NCBI GenBank assembly: GCA_051599415.1
Contig: AP039693.1
Location: 1-64,000, forward strand
Source of the DNA: Savitreella phatthalungensis
Lineage: Eukaryota
Direction: 5' to 3'
DNA length: 64,000 nt
The notes under the pieces: model-generated
What the model was told of the DNA's origin: nothing
The model's input: only the letters and a program-made list of their open reading frames with translations
Database searches by the model: none
Part shown: positions 1 to 8,903 of the stretch, one piece after another
Layout of the letters: each line of letters begins with the position of its first letter
How positions within the stretch are numbered: the first letter of the stretch is position 1
Position numbers and translations under genes: made by a program

Positions 1-60
1 CTGTACTTCGTTCAGTTACGTATTGCTAAGGTTAAGACTACTTTCTGCCTTTGCGAGCAC
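1..60 (+). other. Untrimmed Oxford Nanopore ligation adapter plus native barcode (technical artefact)
   Basis: 1-27 CTGTACTTCGTTCAGTTACGTATTGCT matches the ONT adapter top strand. 28-35 AAGGTTAA is the native-barcode flank. 36-57 GACTACTTTCTGCCTTTGCGAG matches barcode NB06 as I recall it, followed by a partial CAGCACCT flank. Confidence 0.93.
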
Positions 61-61
61 C

Positions 62-181
62 CCCTAACCCTAACCCTAACCCTAACCCTAACCCTAACCC
101 TAACCCTAACCCTAACCCTAACCCTAACCCTAACCCTAACCCTAACCCTAACCCTAACCCTAACCCTAACCCTAACCCTAA
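62..181 (+). repeat. Telomeric repeat (CCCTAA)20, i.e. TTAGGG on the minus strand
   Basis: 20 perfect CCCTAA units, with the C-rich strand at the 5' end of the contig as expected for a left chromosome end. Confidence 0.99.
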
Positions 182-223
182 CCCTGACCCTGATCCTGAC
201 CCTGACCCTGACCCTGACCCTGA
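182..223 (+). repeat. Telomere variant repeats (CCCTGA x6, TCCTGA x1)
   Basis: Seven in-register hexamers directly proximal to the canonical array. Confidence 0.95.
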
Positions 224-275
224 CCCACAAAAACTAACCGCCGTCAAACTAACCAATGCCCCAACCCTTGCTCCG

Positions 276-450
276 CTTTGCTTGCTTGCTCGCTTGCTTG
301 CTTGCTAACCTTGTTTCTTTGCTCACGCCTGCTGCCTTGCTACACTACACTTGTCCGCACGCATATGCCCCTGCTGGTCTTCAACATTATCATCATCTTG
401 CTGCTCCTCTCTGCTGCTCCTCTCTGCTGCTCCTCTCTGCTGCTCCTCTC
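276..450. repeat. Subtelomeric simple repeats: (TTGC)n at 276-306 and 13-bp TGCTGCTCCTCTC x4 at 399-450
   Basis: Tandem units directly visible in the sequence. Confidence 0.9.
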
Positions 451-560
451 TCCGCCGTACTCCTGCTCTCAAACCCTCATCTATCTGACACTCTTCCCCC
501 CGTTTACCTGACAAATCCCATGCCATTTGCTCCCCACATTCCTACTCTTAAAAACCCTGC

Positions 561-885
561 CATCTGTTTCATCTGCAACTGCACCGTCCCCTGCCAAATG
601 CTGTTACCCGCATGATACCTGCCTTACGCTGTTACCTGCATCCATCTGTTTCATCTTCAAATGCACCGTCTCCTGCCAAATGCCGTTACCTGCATGTTGC
701 CTGTCAAATGCTGTTACCTGCCCTGCCACCTGTCAAACATCTTTACCTGCAACACATCTGTCAAACGCTTTTACCTGCAACACATCTGTCAAATGCCAAT
801 ACCTGCACCATCATCTGTCAAACGCTGTTACTTGCACCGTCACCTGACCCACTGCCCTGCTTTGTGGCCTGGCATTTGTCAAACC
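561..885. repeat. Degenerate subtelomeric minisatellite with core CTGYCAAAYGCTGTTACCTGC
   Basis: At least seven degenerate core copies about 28-30 bp apart, plus a 54-bp duplication at 561-614 and 643-696. Confidence 0.8.
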
Positions 886-1811
886 CTTGATCTGCCAATC
901 GCTACTCACCTGTCATCTCCTGTTTTCTGTTTCTGTCACTCACTGCTGCCTGGACTGTACCCTGTTTCATCACTGCACTGCCACTTGTCAAATGCTGCCA
1001 TTTGTTCAAACTGCACTGTCACTTGATGTGTCATTGCTGCAATTATGCTTGTCACCGTCACTTGTCACCTGGCCCTGCCACTGACTCTGTCTTTGCTTGT
1101 CATGAACACCACCTGCTTGGCTCTGGCCCTACCCTGTTGCCTGCATTCCCTTCCCTCTGTCCATAATTGGCACTGGCGCCTGTTGTGCAACATCAATTAA
1201 CTGCAATTGACTGCAATGTCACATGGCATGCACTGTTTTCTCCACTGTTGCTTGTCCAATCCATTGCTGGCGCTGTGCTGTGTTGTGCCCTTTCCTCCAC
1301 AACTCACTCTAATTCACTCTCACTTGCTCTTATTGCCTGTCTTGTGCACTGTCACATGTGCTTCCCCCTGTCATGCATTGTACACTGTCCACTCTGCTGG
1401 GACTGCGCTTGTCTGTGCTTTCTGTCTACCTTGTCCTAACATCTAGTCTACTTCTGATTGACTATGATCACTGTCATCTATCTCCCATTTCCACACCCAT
1501 TCAACACCAGTTCGTTTGTTGTCAATGCATGCCAGTCTGTGTTGGGTGATGTGCACTGCTGAATTGATCCATCTGATTGCTATCTTATCTCCTATCTCAC
1601 TTAATCTATGCCTCTATGTATACACAACATGACATCTTTTTCTCATTTTGACCGCTTTGATAGCCTATGTCCTTTGATCCAGGTGTGGGATGATCATGAG
1701 ACTAGTCTCGTCATGACGCCATTGATCAACTCTATAAAAAGTATTTTGACATGTACAACGGTTTTTCATCTATACACTGAGCTTGCCACATGCTTACAAT
1801 GCAAGGCTCTT

Positions 1812-2066
1812 GGTCTTGTGGCACAGTGGTTTGGCCCCCACTGAGCTACTGAGTCATGAGCTTTGTGCATGGAGGGTAAATGAGGGTCTGGCAGAAGTTG
1901 AACTTTGAGTTTGAGGTCTTGAGTTCAAATCCTGCTTGGAGCAACAATTAACTGCCAATAAGCTCTAGGCAGTCAGGGAGCAAGAGCGCTCTCAGGGGCT
2001 TTCCCTCCATGCACGAGGTCAGAACATCACTGTGTGTTCTGATACGGGGGTTTTGCCAAATTTTTT
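1812..2066 (+). mobile_element. Decayed tRNA-derived (SINE-like / Pol III) element or tRNA pseudogene
   Basis: A-box-like GTGGCACAGTGGT near 1818 and T-arm/B-box-like GAGGTCTTGAGTTCAAATCCTG at 1913-1934. A hairpin TCAGAACA/TGTTCTGA lies at 2019-2042, and the first T4/T6 runs are at 2051 and 2061. No clean cloverleaf can be drawn. Confidence 0.4.
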
Positions 2067-2079
2067 CATGATTCAGGCA

Positions 2080-2373
2080 CAGAGAGATGCAGCGGAACAC
2101 AGAGAATGTAGAAAATGCAGCAGAATGCAGAGAATGCAGAAAATGCAGTTTGGTTTTTGCAGTTTGGTTTTTGCAGTTTGGTTTGCAGTTAGGTTCACGG
2201 CTGCAGTTTGGTTTTATAGTTTGGTTTTGTACAGTTTGGTTTTACAGTTTGGTTTTTACAGTTTGGTTTTACAGTTTGGTTCTACAGTTTGGTTTTACAG
2301 TTTGGTTTTACAGTTTGGTTTTACAGTTTGGTTTTACAGCTTGGTTTTACAGTTTGGTTTTGCAGTTTGGTTT
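2080..2373. repeat. Subtelomeric tandem repeats: GCAGAGAAT-like units, then about 16 copies of a 13-14 bp CAGTTTGGTTTTA unit
   Basis: Directly visible; the CAGTTTGGTTTT(T)A array spans 2146-2373. Confidence 0.92.
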
Positions 2374-2600
2374 ATCCCTAACTGTTTGTTGACAGTTAGG
2401 GATGCCATGCAGCGTTTCATCCCTAACTTCATGGCTATAAGCTGGCTCCATTGAAACAGTTTGGGACTTTTGAACGGAATATATATAGTTTGGGATGTAG
2501 TGAGATTTGTCCTCCATTGTCAAATTACAGTTAGGGATGCCATGCAGCGTTCAACCCTTACAACTTAGTGCAGGCTGAAAAGCAAAACGTTAGGGATTCA
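2374..2600. repeat. Cluster of isolated TTAGGG/CCCTAA motifs with an inverted and a direct repeat
   Basis: Perfect 12-bp inverted repeat ATCCCTAACTGT (2374-2385) / ACAGTTAGGGAT (2392-2403). ACAGTTAGGGATGCCATGCAGCGTT occurs at 2392 and 2527. Further motifs lie at 2421 and 2590. Confidence 0.8.
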
Positions 2601-2877
2601 AAATGCTTCCAGTAAACAACTCAGCCTCTCATCAAAAGATCAATGCATTGGAATAAGTATGATTCGTGCATTGCATGGTGCAACCGTGGGATGATCATAT
2701 GAATTGCTTCTGTTAAGCCGGGCACACGGAGGGGAGAGAAGATAAGATTCTGCTACGTGTGGGAAATCACCTTCCTATGTGACTTCTGGAATGATCAATC
2801 GATCGATGGTCGATAGTGGCTGGTAGAGACAGTGTGATTGTGCGGTCATAATGGCATATGTTGATAACAGCTTTGGA

Positions 2878-4038
2878 CTATTTCTGCGTCACAAGCGACA
2901 AGAATGTATCCAAATGTGTATCATCTGGACAAAGCGACTTCAACCGTCCCTGCATGATCTGAGCAAGATGGCAGAGTTCGCGCTTAGAGTAGTTCAGCTC
3001 CAGGTGAGGCCCAGTGCGTGCATCAGCCAGAATAGATGATAGAGTCTCTGCATCGAGACTTTGCACACCTGCGCCATCGACGGAGCCTCGGACGCCGCGA
3101 TCTCCAACAGCCCACGCGACGACCTCAGGTCGAGCATCCGGGAAAAAAAGCCCCCAATCATCCGGATAAAGTTTCGAGCCAATGCCCGATCTCAGTAAAA
3201 TGATCTGAAGTTGCATTGTCAGATCCGAGTCTTCGGGCCATGTGTCGAGATCGACATCGACTTGCCAAGCGGGTAGATGTACGCCGCCAATTTTGATTTC
3301 TGAGCTCCATGTTCGATTCCACCTTAGCCATGCTTGCTTGACGTAGCACGTTGTGCTTTCTGCCACGAGATCTGACGGTCGTAAGCCTTCTCGATATCGC
3401 TCGCCAGACAAGTCTTTCATCGAAAGCGGTCGAAGCGCTTTGACATTGAATATCGCCGCAGAGGGATCGTTGGCCACGGCAAGGCGCACAACAATGTCTT
3501 CCACCAGCAATGAGGATCTGTGGAAGCAGTTGTGGGCTCGCGCAGCAACAACGAAAGATAAGACGTTTCGATGATTTTTCTGACCGACGCGGACCTGCAT
3601 AAGGTCGACAGTGAGCGTCAACGCACGCAGACACGGGAAAAATTTCGCATCTGTTTCTCGGAAATCGAGCTGACCGAGAGCCGCGGCGGTTTCGAGAGCG
3701 GCCAAAAGCGTCGGGTCGGCCACAAAGCCGTCGGGCAGGATCCAGGGTTCCCCTGGTTTGTCAATAGGCAAGAGACGATTCGCAGTCATCATAGCATCAA
3801 TCACGTCTGTCGAAAGCCCGCTTAACTCGACTCGTTCTTGACCTTGTTGCTCGACGTGATATTGTTCGGCAACTTCGCTACTCGCGGTTTTCGAGCGCGG
3901 TGGTGACGAGACGGGCGGCGGCGTCGTTGCAGGCAATTGCCCGTGCGAGGTCGCGACGGAGACCGACGCTTTAGTGCTCGGCCTATTGTCTGAGCTGCTA
4001 CTGGTTGGAGGCGAAGTGTAAAGTGAACCGCGAGGCAT
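2878..4038 (-). CDS. Uncharacterised subtelomeric protein, family A copy 1 (386 aa)
   Basis: Long ATG-initiated ORF with a Ser/Pro/Thr-rich N-terminus and a TATAAA about 60 bp upstream on the minus strand. Coding status is supported by amino-acid-level conservation with the paralogous fragments at 6920-8030. Confidence 0.8.
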   Translation of the reverse strand: MPRGSLYTSPPTSSSSDNRPSTKASVSVATSHGQLPATTPPPVSSPPRSKTASSEVAEQYHVEQQGQERVELSGLSTDVIDAMMTANRLLPIDKPGEPWILPDGFVADPTLLAALETAAALGQLDFRETDAKFFPCLRALTLTVDLMQVRVGQKNHRNVLSFVVAARAHNCFHRSSLLVEDIVVRLAVANDPSAAIFNVKALRPLSMKDLSGERYREGLRPSDLVAESTTCYVKQAWLRWNRTWSSEIKIGGVHLPAWQVDVDLDTWPEDSDLTMQLQIILLRSGIGSKLYPDDWGLFFPDARPEVVAWAVGDRGVRGSVDGAGVQSLDAETLSSILADARTGPHLELNYSKRELCHLAQIMQGRLKSLCPDDTHLDTFLSLVTQK

Positions 4039-4243
4039 TTGATCACCGGTCTTGTGTTACAAAGGACCAGCTAGTGTGCAGAATATGCTTCCATTTATAG
4101 CCACAGTCGTGCATTTGCAATCGCTAAAGCCACCAACCAAGTTCCATCATGCACTACATACACGAGTTCCACCATGACGTGCAGCTTTCTGAATTCGCAC
4201 GATTTTCAAGGCTCATGAATGGTCCTGTGTACGATTCGCCTCG

Positions 4244-5167
4244 ATGGCATTGGATACAGCATATCAGACCTTGAGTTCGGAAAATACAGCCGGACTTTTA
4301 CTCATCAGACTGCAACACAGTGCTCGTCTGACCATGAGCGCCGCGGACAGAAGGATTCGAAAGGAGATCATATTTGACGATGTAATCTATCCGCTCGGAC
4401 ACCAAGCGAATCTGCCATTGCGCTCGATGCATCAAAACTCAAGAGCTGAAACGGTTTCATCGGGTGTGCAGGCGATACGTCGCCATACCGCGGCAATTAA
4501 TTTACAACATTTGACTCTCGGCATGTCCCAGCCAGAGGATGTCCACAGCGGCATGGAACTACTGCGCATGCAGGTGTTTGAGCTAGTGCAAGCTGACCAA
4601 TTGCAAGGCCTGCAATTCAAGTTGAAGCTTCTCACGGACAAGCAGCGAGCCTCCACAAACAAGGGCCTACATGTGCTCTTCCGGTCGGTCGACGGTCTGG
4701 TGACGTACAATTACACCTCCACGGTTCCTGATGCCTCAATCGTGGAGACAAGCCAAGTCAACTATCAGCCTGGCTTCGCCAAATACGTTGTGGAAAACCG
4801 CACTCAAATGGCTGGGCGCGCATACAGCATGCCGCTTACTCCAGCGAGAACGAAGCTCACGAGCGACGTGTGGCAGGCTGGTTTCGAAGTACCAGAACAA
4901 TCTTCGGTGCCGACCGTCGCATCGCTCAACTTTCGAAGTCGTTGGGACCAGCCAGACATCGAAAAGCAAGATCTTGTGCAGCGCTTTGCGCTGCTAGTCG
5001 TGCGGGAATGCGCGGATGACGACGATTTGGCCGTATGGGATATGGGCAGCGACTCTCCGGAAGTGCACAAGCGCTCGAGTCTCGACACATTTCAATCTCG
5101 TCGACTCCTAATTGTCCGCCGTGATGCGGAAACAAAGCATTGCGATGTTCGGCTGGAGGCCGCCTAG
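4244..5167 (+). CDS. Uncharacterised subtelomeric protein, family B copy 1 (307 aa)
   Basis: Open ORF divergent from family A, 205 bp apart. Shares the motifs FDDxIYPLG, LHxLFRS, LTxDVWxxGF, ALLVVRECAD, WD..S..PE...RSSL and HCDVR with 8904-9868. Confidence 0.85.
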   Translation: MALDTAYQTLSSENTAGLLLIRLQHSARLTMSAADRRIRKEIIFDDVIYPLGHQANLPLRSMHQNSRAETVSSGVQAIRRHTAAINLQHLTLGMSQPEDVHSGMELLRMQVFELVQADQLQGLQFKLKLLTDKQRASTNKGLHVLFRSVDGLVTYNYTSTVPDASIVETSQVNYQPGFAKYVVENRTQMAGRAYSMPLTPARTKLTSDVWQAGFEVPEQSSVPTVASLNFRSRWDQPDIEKQDLVQRFALLVVRECADDDDLAVWDMGSDSPEVHKRSSLDTFQSRRLLIVRRDAETKHCDVRLEAA

Positions 5168-5336
5168 TTTAGAGTCGTCTTACACCCGCTCGATTGATGA
5201 ACTAATGCATGAATTATGAACAAAGTAGATATCGAGCTAAGGTTCTACATGGTCGCGAATCTCACTGAGCGAGAAGCGCAGACCTGTAGCACACGCGCTG
5301 TATCAAGCTCTGTCATCACGACATCGAGGAAGATTT

Positions 5337-6122
5337 TCATGAAACTTTCGGTTCATTGGGCACGGTCCCGGGAAGGCTGTCGGGGAATCCTAAAGGGCAG
5401 TCGCCAATGACGCGGGAAGGAATGCTCGATATCACAGTCACCATCGATGGCGACTCTTGCACACAACGTCCTTTAGTGCATGTCTCGCTCATCGCGATCA
5501 CGGTATATGTCAGTGCAGAGATTCGGTTTGGAGTATTGTGCATACGTCCGCGTGATTGGCGACCAGCCACATCCAGATAATGATCCTCCACAGTCACCTG
5601 GGAACGTCTCGGACGATTGCATCAACACGAGCAGAGCGACGCATGACAGGACTATGGCCCGGGGCGTGTTCAAGGGTCACATACCACATGTAGGACGTTT
5701 TATGCCAGAGTTGCGATTTGTCGTCTGAGTCTGCTGCAGACCCCTGTAAAAATATCGCGCCAGCCGAGCGAGTCATCGACTGAAATGAGCAAATGTAGGT
5801 CCTTGTGGCGGTAGCTGGAGCATGAGATAACGGTTCCCTGTTGTCTGTCCTGGCTCTTCATGGTCAAGCCCGGCACAAGCGACAAGCAAATCAGTTCAAA
5901 AGCGCACTCGGTCCATTCGGTTCGGAAGATCCGTTGTCGAGGCAGGCCAGAAGACGCGCTTTGGAGGTCTTGCACATGGCGGCCCACCCGGGCCAGATCT
6001 GTGGAAGGTGTAATTCCAATAGCTTTCAACTTGGGCGCTTCATCATTGTCGTGCCCGATGCGAACATCAAGCAAAACGATATTCGGATAGAGGTCGCCGA
6101 GTTGGAGGTCATCCAGTATCAT
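5337..6122 (-). pseudogene. Degenerate ORF fragments, possibly a distant family B paralog
   Basis: HKDLHLLISVDDSLGW resembles NKGLHVLFRSVDGLVTY and QRNLHILFRSDDGSPVW. The region is broken into several frames and similarity is weak. Confidence 0.3.
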
Positions 6123-6539
6123 GCATGACTATGATAACCGGATGGTGGGATACCGTGTAGTCAATCAATCACGTCGTCAAGTTGTCTTCTGTTAAAGGCT
6201 AGGTCGAGTGCCTTTGCTGAGAAATCGAATGAATCTGAGCATTCTAAATGGGACGTGGTCGTGCGCACCCCTTTGGACGAGTCAAAGACACGCAAGCTCT
6301 TCACGGCTCGTCAGCTGTGCTTCAATCCCCTTAAACTGCTTTCATCTGCCTTGGGTTGACCATCATTTGCCGCGATGTGGTCTCCGTGGCGGGCTTCGAG
6401 GGTACAGGGGGACTGACGCAATTGGCAAATGACACCGCTTGAATGCTCGAATCACGCCGAACAATGATAAGCCTGCGGTGTCAACAGTTGAAGAGACTTG
6501 AGCGCCCCCTAATCTCAGACGCGCGGCTGTCCATGTCAT

Positions 6540-6715
6540 GTCTCGCATTTGTGCACGATCAGGACGGCAAGCATCGAGCGATCTGGGACACGGGCAGCTG
6601 CGCGCCTGGAATTAGAGAACGCTCAAGTCTCTTCAAATATTGACCTCGCCGATACATTGCTATTCGACATAATTTGAACACCGAGCATTGCAATGTTCGA
6701 CTGGAAGTCGCCTAG
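6540..6715 (+). pseudogene. Family B C-terminal pseudogene fragment
   Basis: Translates DGKHRAIWDTGSCAPGIRERSSLFKY*PRRYIAIRHNLNTEHCNVRLEVA*, matching the family B C-terminus. There is an in-frame TGA where copy 2 has Arg. Confidence 0.85.
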
Positions 6716-7289
6716 CTTGACACGCGATCTGTCCCATGATGGTCCACATCTACCATAGCGGCATCCTGGATCGAACGAGGATCTTTGACAGAGAAATGCT
6801 AATTCAAGCTTGTTTGACGATAAGACCTTTCGACTGGAGGACGCTCAGCTTGGCTCATGTTAAACTAAAGCTCATGCGTACTGGTGAATCAGCGTGTGAT
6901 TCACAGTTGTGAATCGTAATCACGTATGCAGCATAGCAACTGTTCTATCCCCAAATATCAATGCCATATTGGAATGGGTATGAAGATTTGTAAAGCGCAT
7001 GAATGCGACTGCAATGCCCACATAAATTGGGCAGGGCTCATCGCAAGTCACGAACGATACCAATGCGTCCAGATGAGGATGCTCCGGGCAGATCGAGAGC
7101 AACCGGCCTTCCATGAGTTCCACCAAGTGGCAGAGCTCATGCTTCGAGTATGAGGTTGTAAAGCGAGAACCAGCACGGATATTGCGCAGGATGCTCGACA
7201 GATCCTCCGCGTCACGACTTTCAGCGCCAGCCGCATGTTGACATCCGCGAATAGCACGGTCTCCCGACAGCCCATGCGACGATGTTCCT

Positions 7290-7836
7290 TTGAAAAGCTC
7301 GTATTCCGCAAGTGTGCGGCAACGTGTTGATATCGATCCTGACCTGCCAGGCAGGTAGCGACGGACCGTCGATGCTGTATTCTGCTTGCCAAATTAGCTT
7401 GCGTGCCATCCGATATTTCTTGACGAAGCATGCTGCTTTGGCTGTCACTAAGTCAGAAGTACGCAAGTCGTCTCGATGTTGTCTGCGAGACAGATTTTTT
7501 GCTGAAATCGGCGTGACAGCTCTGATCTCAACCGCCACTTTGGATGACGCATCGGACATGGCGAGGCGCATGATCATGTCTTCTACCAGCCTTGCGGAGA
7601 TGTGGGAGTATCCGTGTGACCTCGCAGCGACGACGAAAGACAAGATTCTCCGATCATCATCTTCCTCCTCTATCTTATTGCCAGCCAAGGCAGCGTGCTT
7701 CGTCAAGAAATATCGGATGGCACGCGATCTACTTTGGCAAGCAGAAGTCAGCATCGGCGGTCCGTCGCTGCCTGCCTGGCAGGTCAGGATCGATATCAAC
7801 ACGTTGCGGCACACTTGCGGAAGGCGAGCTTTACAA
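7290..7836. repeat. Long imperfect inverted repeat, arms about 7290-7457 and 7668-7836
   Basis: TTCCGCAAGTGTG..GATATCGATCCTGACCTGCCAGGCAGG..TTCTTGACGAAGCA reappears as its reverse complement. The ORF track shows mirror-image peptides on both strands. Confidence 0.93.
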
Positions 7837-8026
7837 TGCGTCCAAAGAAGCGATGGACGCTATGCTGACTGCGGCTCTTCACATGGCGAGGCGCAGGACA
7901 ATGTCTTCTAGCAGCGTTGCGGAGATGTGGGTGCATTCGTAAGACCTCGCAGCGACGACGAAAGACAAGATTCCCAATCATCACCTTCCTCCTCTGACCT
8001 ATTGACAGCAGAGGCAGCGTGCTTCG
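7556..8026. repeat. Imperfect direct repeat of about 145 bp (7556-7702 and 7881-8026)
   Basis: ACATGGCGAGGCGCA..TTGCGGAGATGTGGG..GACCTCGCAGCGACGACGAAAGACAAGATT..GGCAGCGTGCTTCG occurs twice. Confidence 0.9.
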
Positions 8027-8903
8027 GACATGGATCAGAACCACTGACTCGGACCGATTGTTCAAAATCCTTTCGTGTCTGTTCGTACTTGTCTGTTAGC
8101 GTTCATGTCTATTCATGTTATTCGGCGAGCTCTGTCTGAGTGGTTCTGTGTCGTCTGGTTCGTGTTCACGTCGCTTGTTTTGTCGCTCTCGGGTCCTGCG
8201 GCTCTCCTCTGCGACAGTTGAAGAACTTTGCCTAGCTGCTCTTGACAAGGCAGTAGCAGAGGTTGCACACAAAAAGATTGCCTTATTGAGCACCCTTACA
8301 CTGACGTAGAATGCTCCAAAGCAGAGTACACAGTACCAGACAGACTGTACAATTGCTCAGGCCCAAGGCTATGTGCACTTGCCTCTCCTTGCCTGTATAG
8401 ATGAGGTCTGCATGTATAGCCTGGCTGAAAGACTTCCTTGATAACACGTATGCGGTAACACTTTGGCAGTGGGTCCTACGGCAAGCCAAAGGGGTAAGAA
8501 TTGACCCTGTACCTTGCATAGAGACACGAGAACAGAATTTCCTGCCTAAAGCGCTTCAGAAGATCTTGCTGAGGAGTATTGAGCAGCCTGCTGAAGATAC
8601 CTCATGTAGGAGGCATCGTAGAATTTGTGTTTCAGATCGATCAATTGACTACTCAATCAATAATTGACTCCCTGACTTTCGAAATAGCTATCTTCCCATG
8701 TGTCTAAATCATCAGAGATCGACCAGGTGCTCATTTGAGCACTCAATGACTTCAGTGAAGTCCAGCAAAATCAGATCGACCGAATGATCAATCTTTGTTC
8801 TCCAGTCTGCGAACTTATCGTCGATCTGGTCTGAGTTTGTATCTAGCAAAGGCGAGATCACCCATGTCAAACAACGGGGGCTTTTAGACCGTCTTGCTAT
8901 AAA

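Larger units (their letters stand above)
6920..8030 (-). pseudogene. Family A paralog, frameshifted and internally rearranged
   Basis: ILSFVVAARSH..LVEDMIMRLA..SDLV..LPAWQVRIDINT..IVAWAVG and, after a frameshift near 7265, GDRAIRG..LSSIL..YSKHELCHLVELMEGRLLSICPEHPHLD align to ORF 2878-4038. The 5' part is replaced by inverted and duplicated fragments. Confidence 0.88.

Noticed and set aside
12..308. ORFs encoding (RV)n, (GL)n and (PN)n
   Set aside because: These are translations of the telomeric hexamer and adapter, not genes.
561..885. Repeat-spacer appearance resembling a CRISPR array
   Set aside because: The repeats are degenerate, the linkers are only about 8-10 bp and related to each other, the context is eukaryotic, and there are no cas genes.
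256..2454. Numerous Cys/Leu-rich plus-strand ORFs in the subtelomere
   Set aside because: They are a by-product of C/T-rich, TG-rich repeats that lack stop codons. They overlap in all frames and have no recognisable motifs.
7221..7942. ORFs 7221-7814 (-), 7312-7911 (+) and 7592-7942 (+) as independent genes
   Set aside because: They are mirror-image products of the inverted and duplicated family A fragments.
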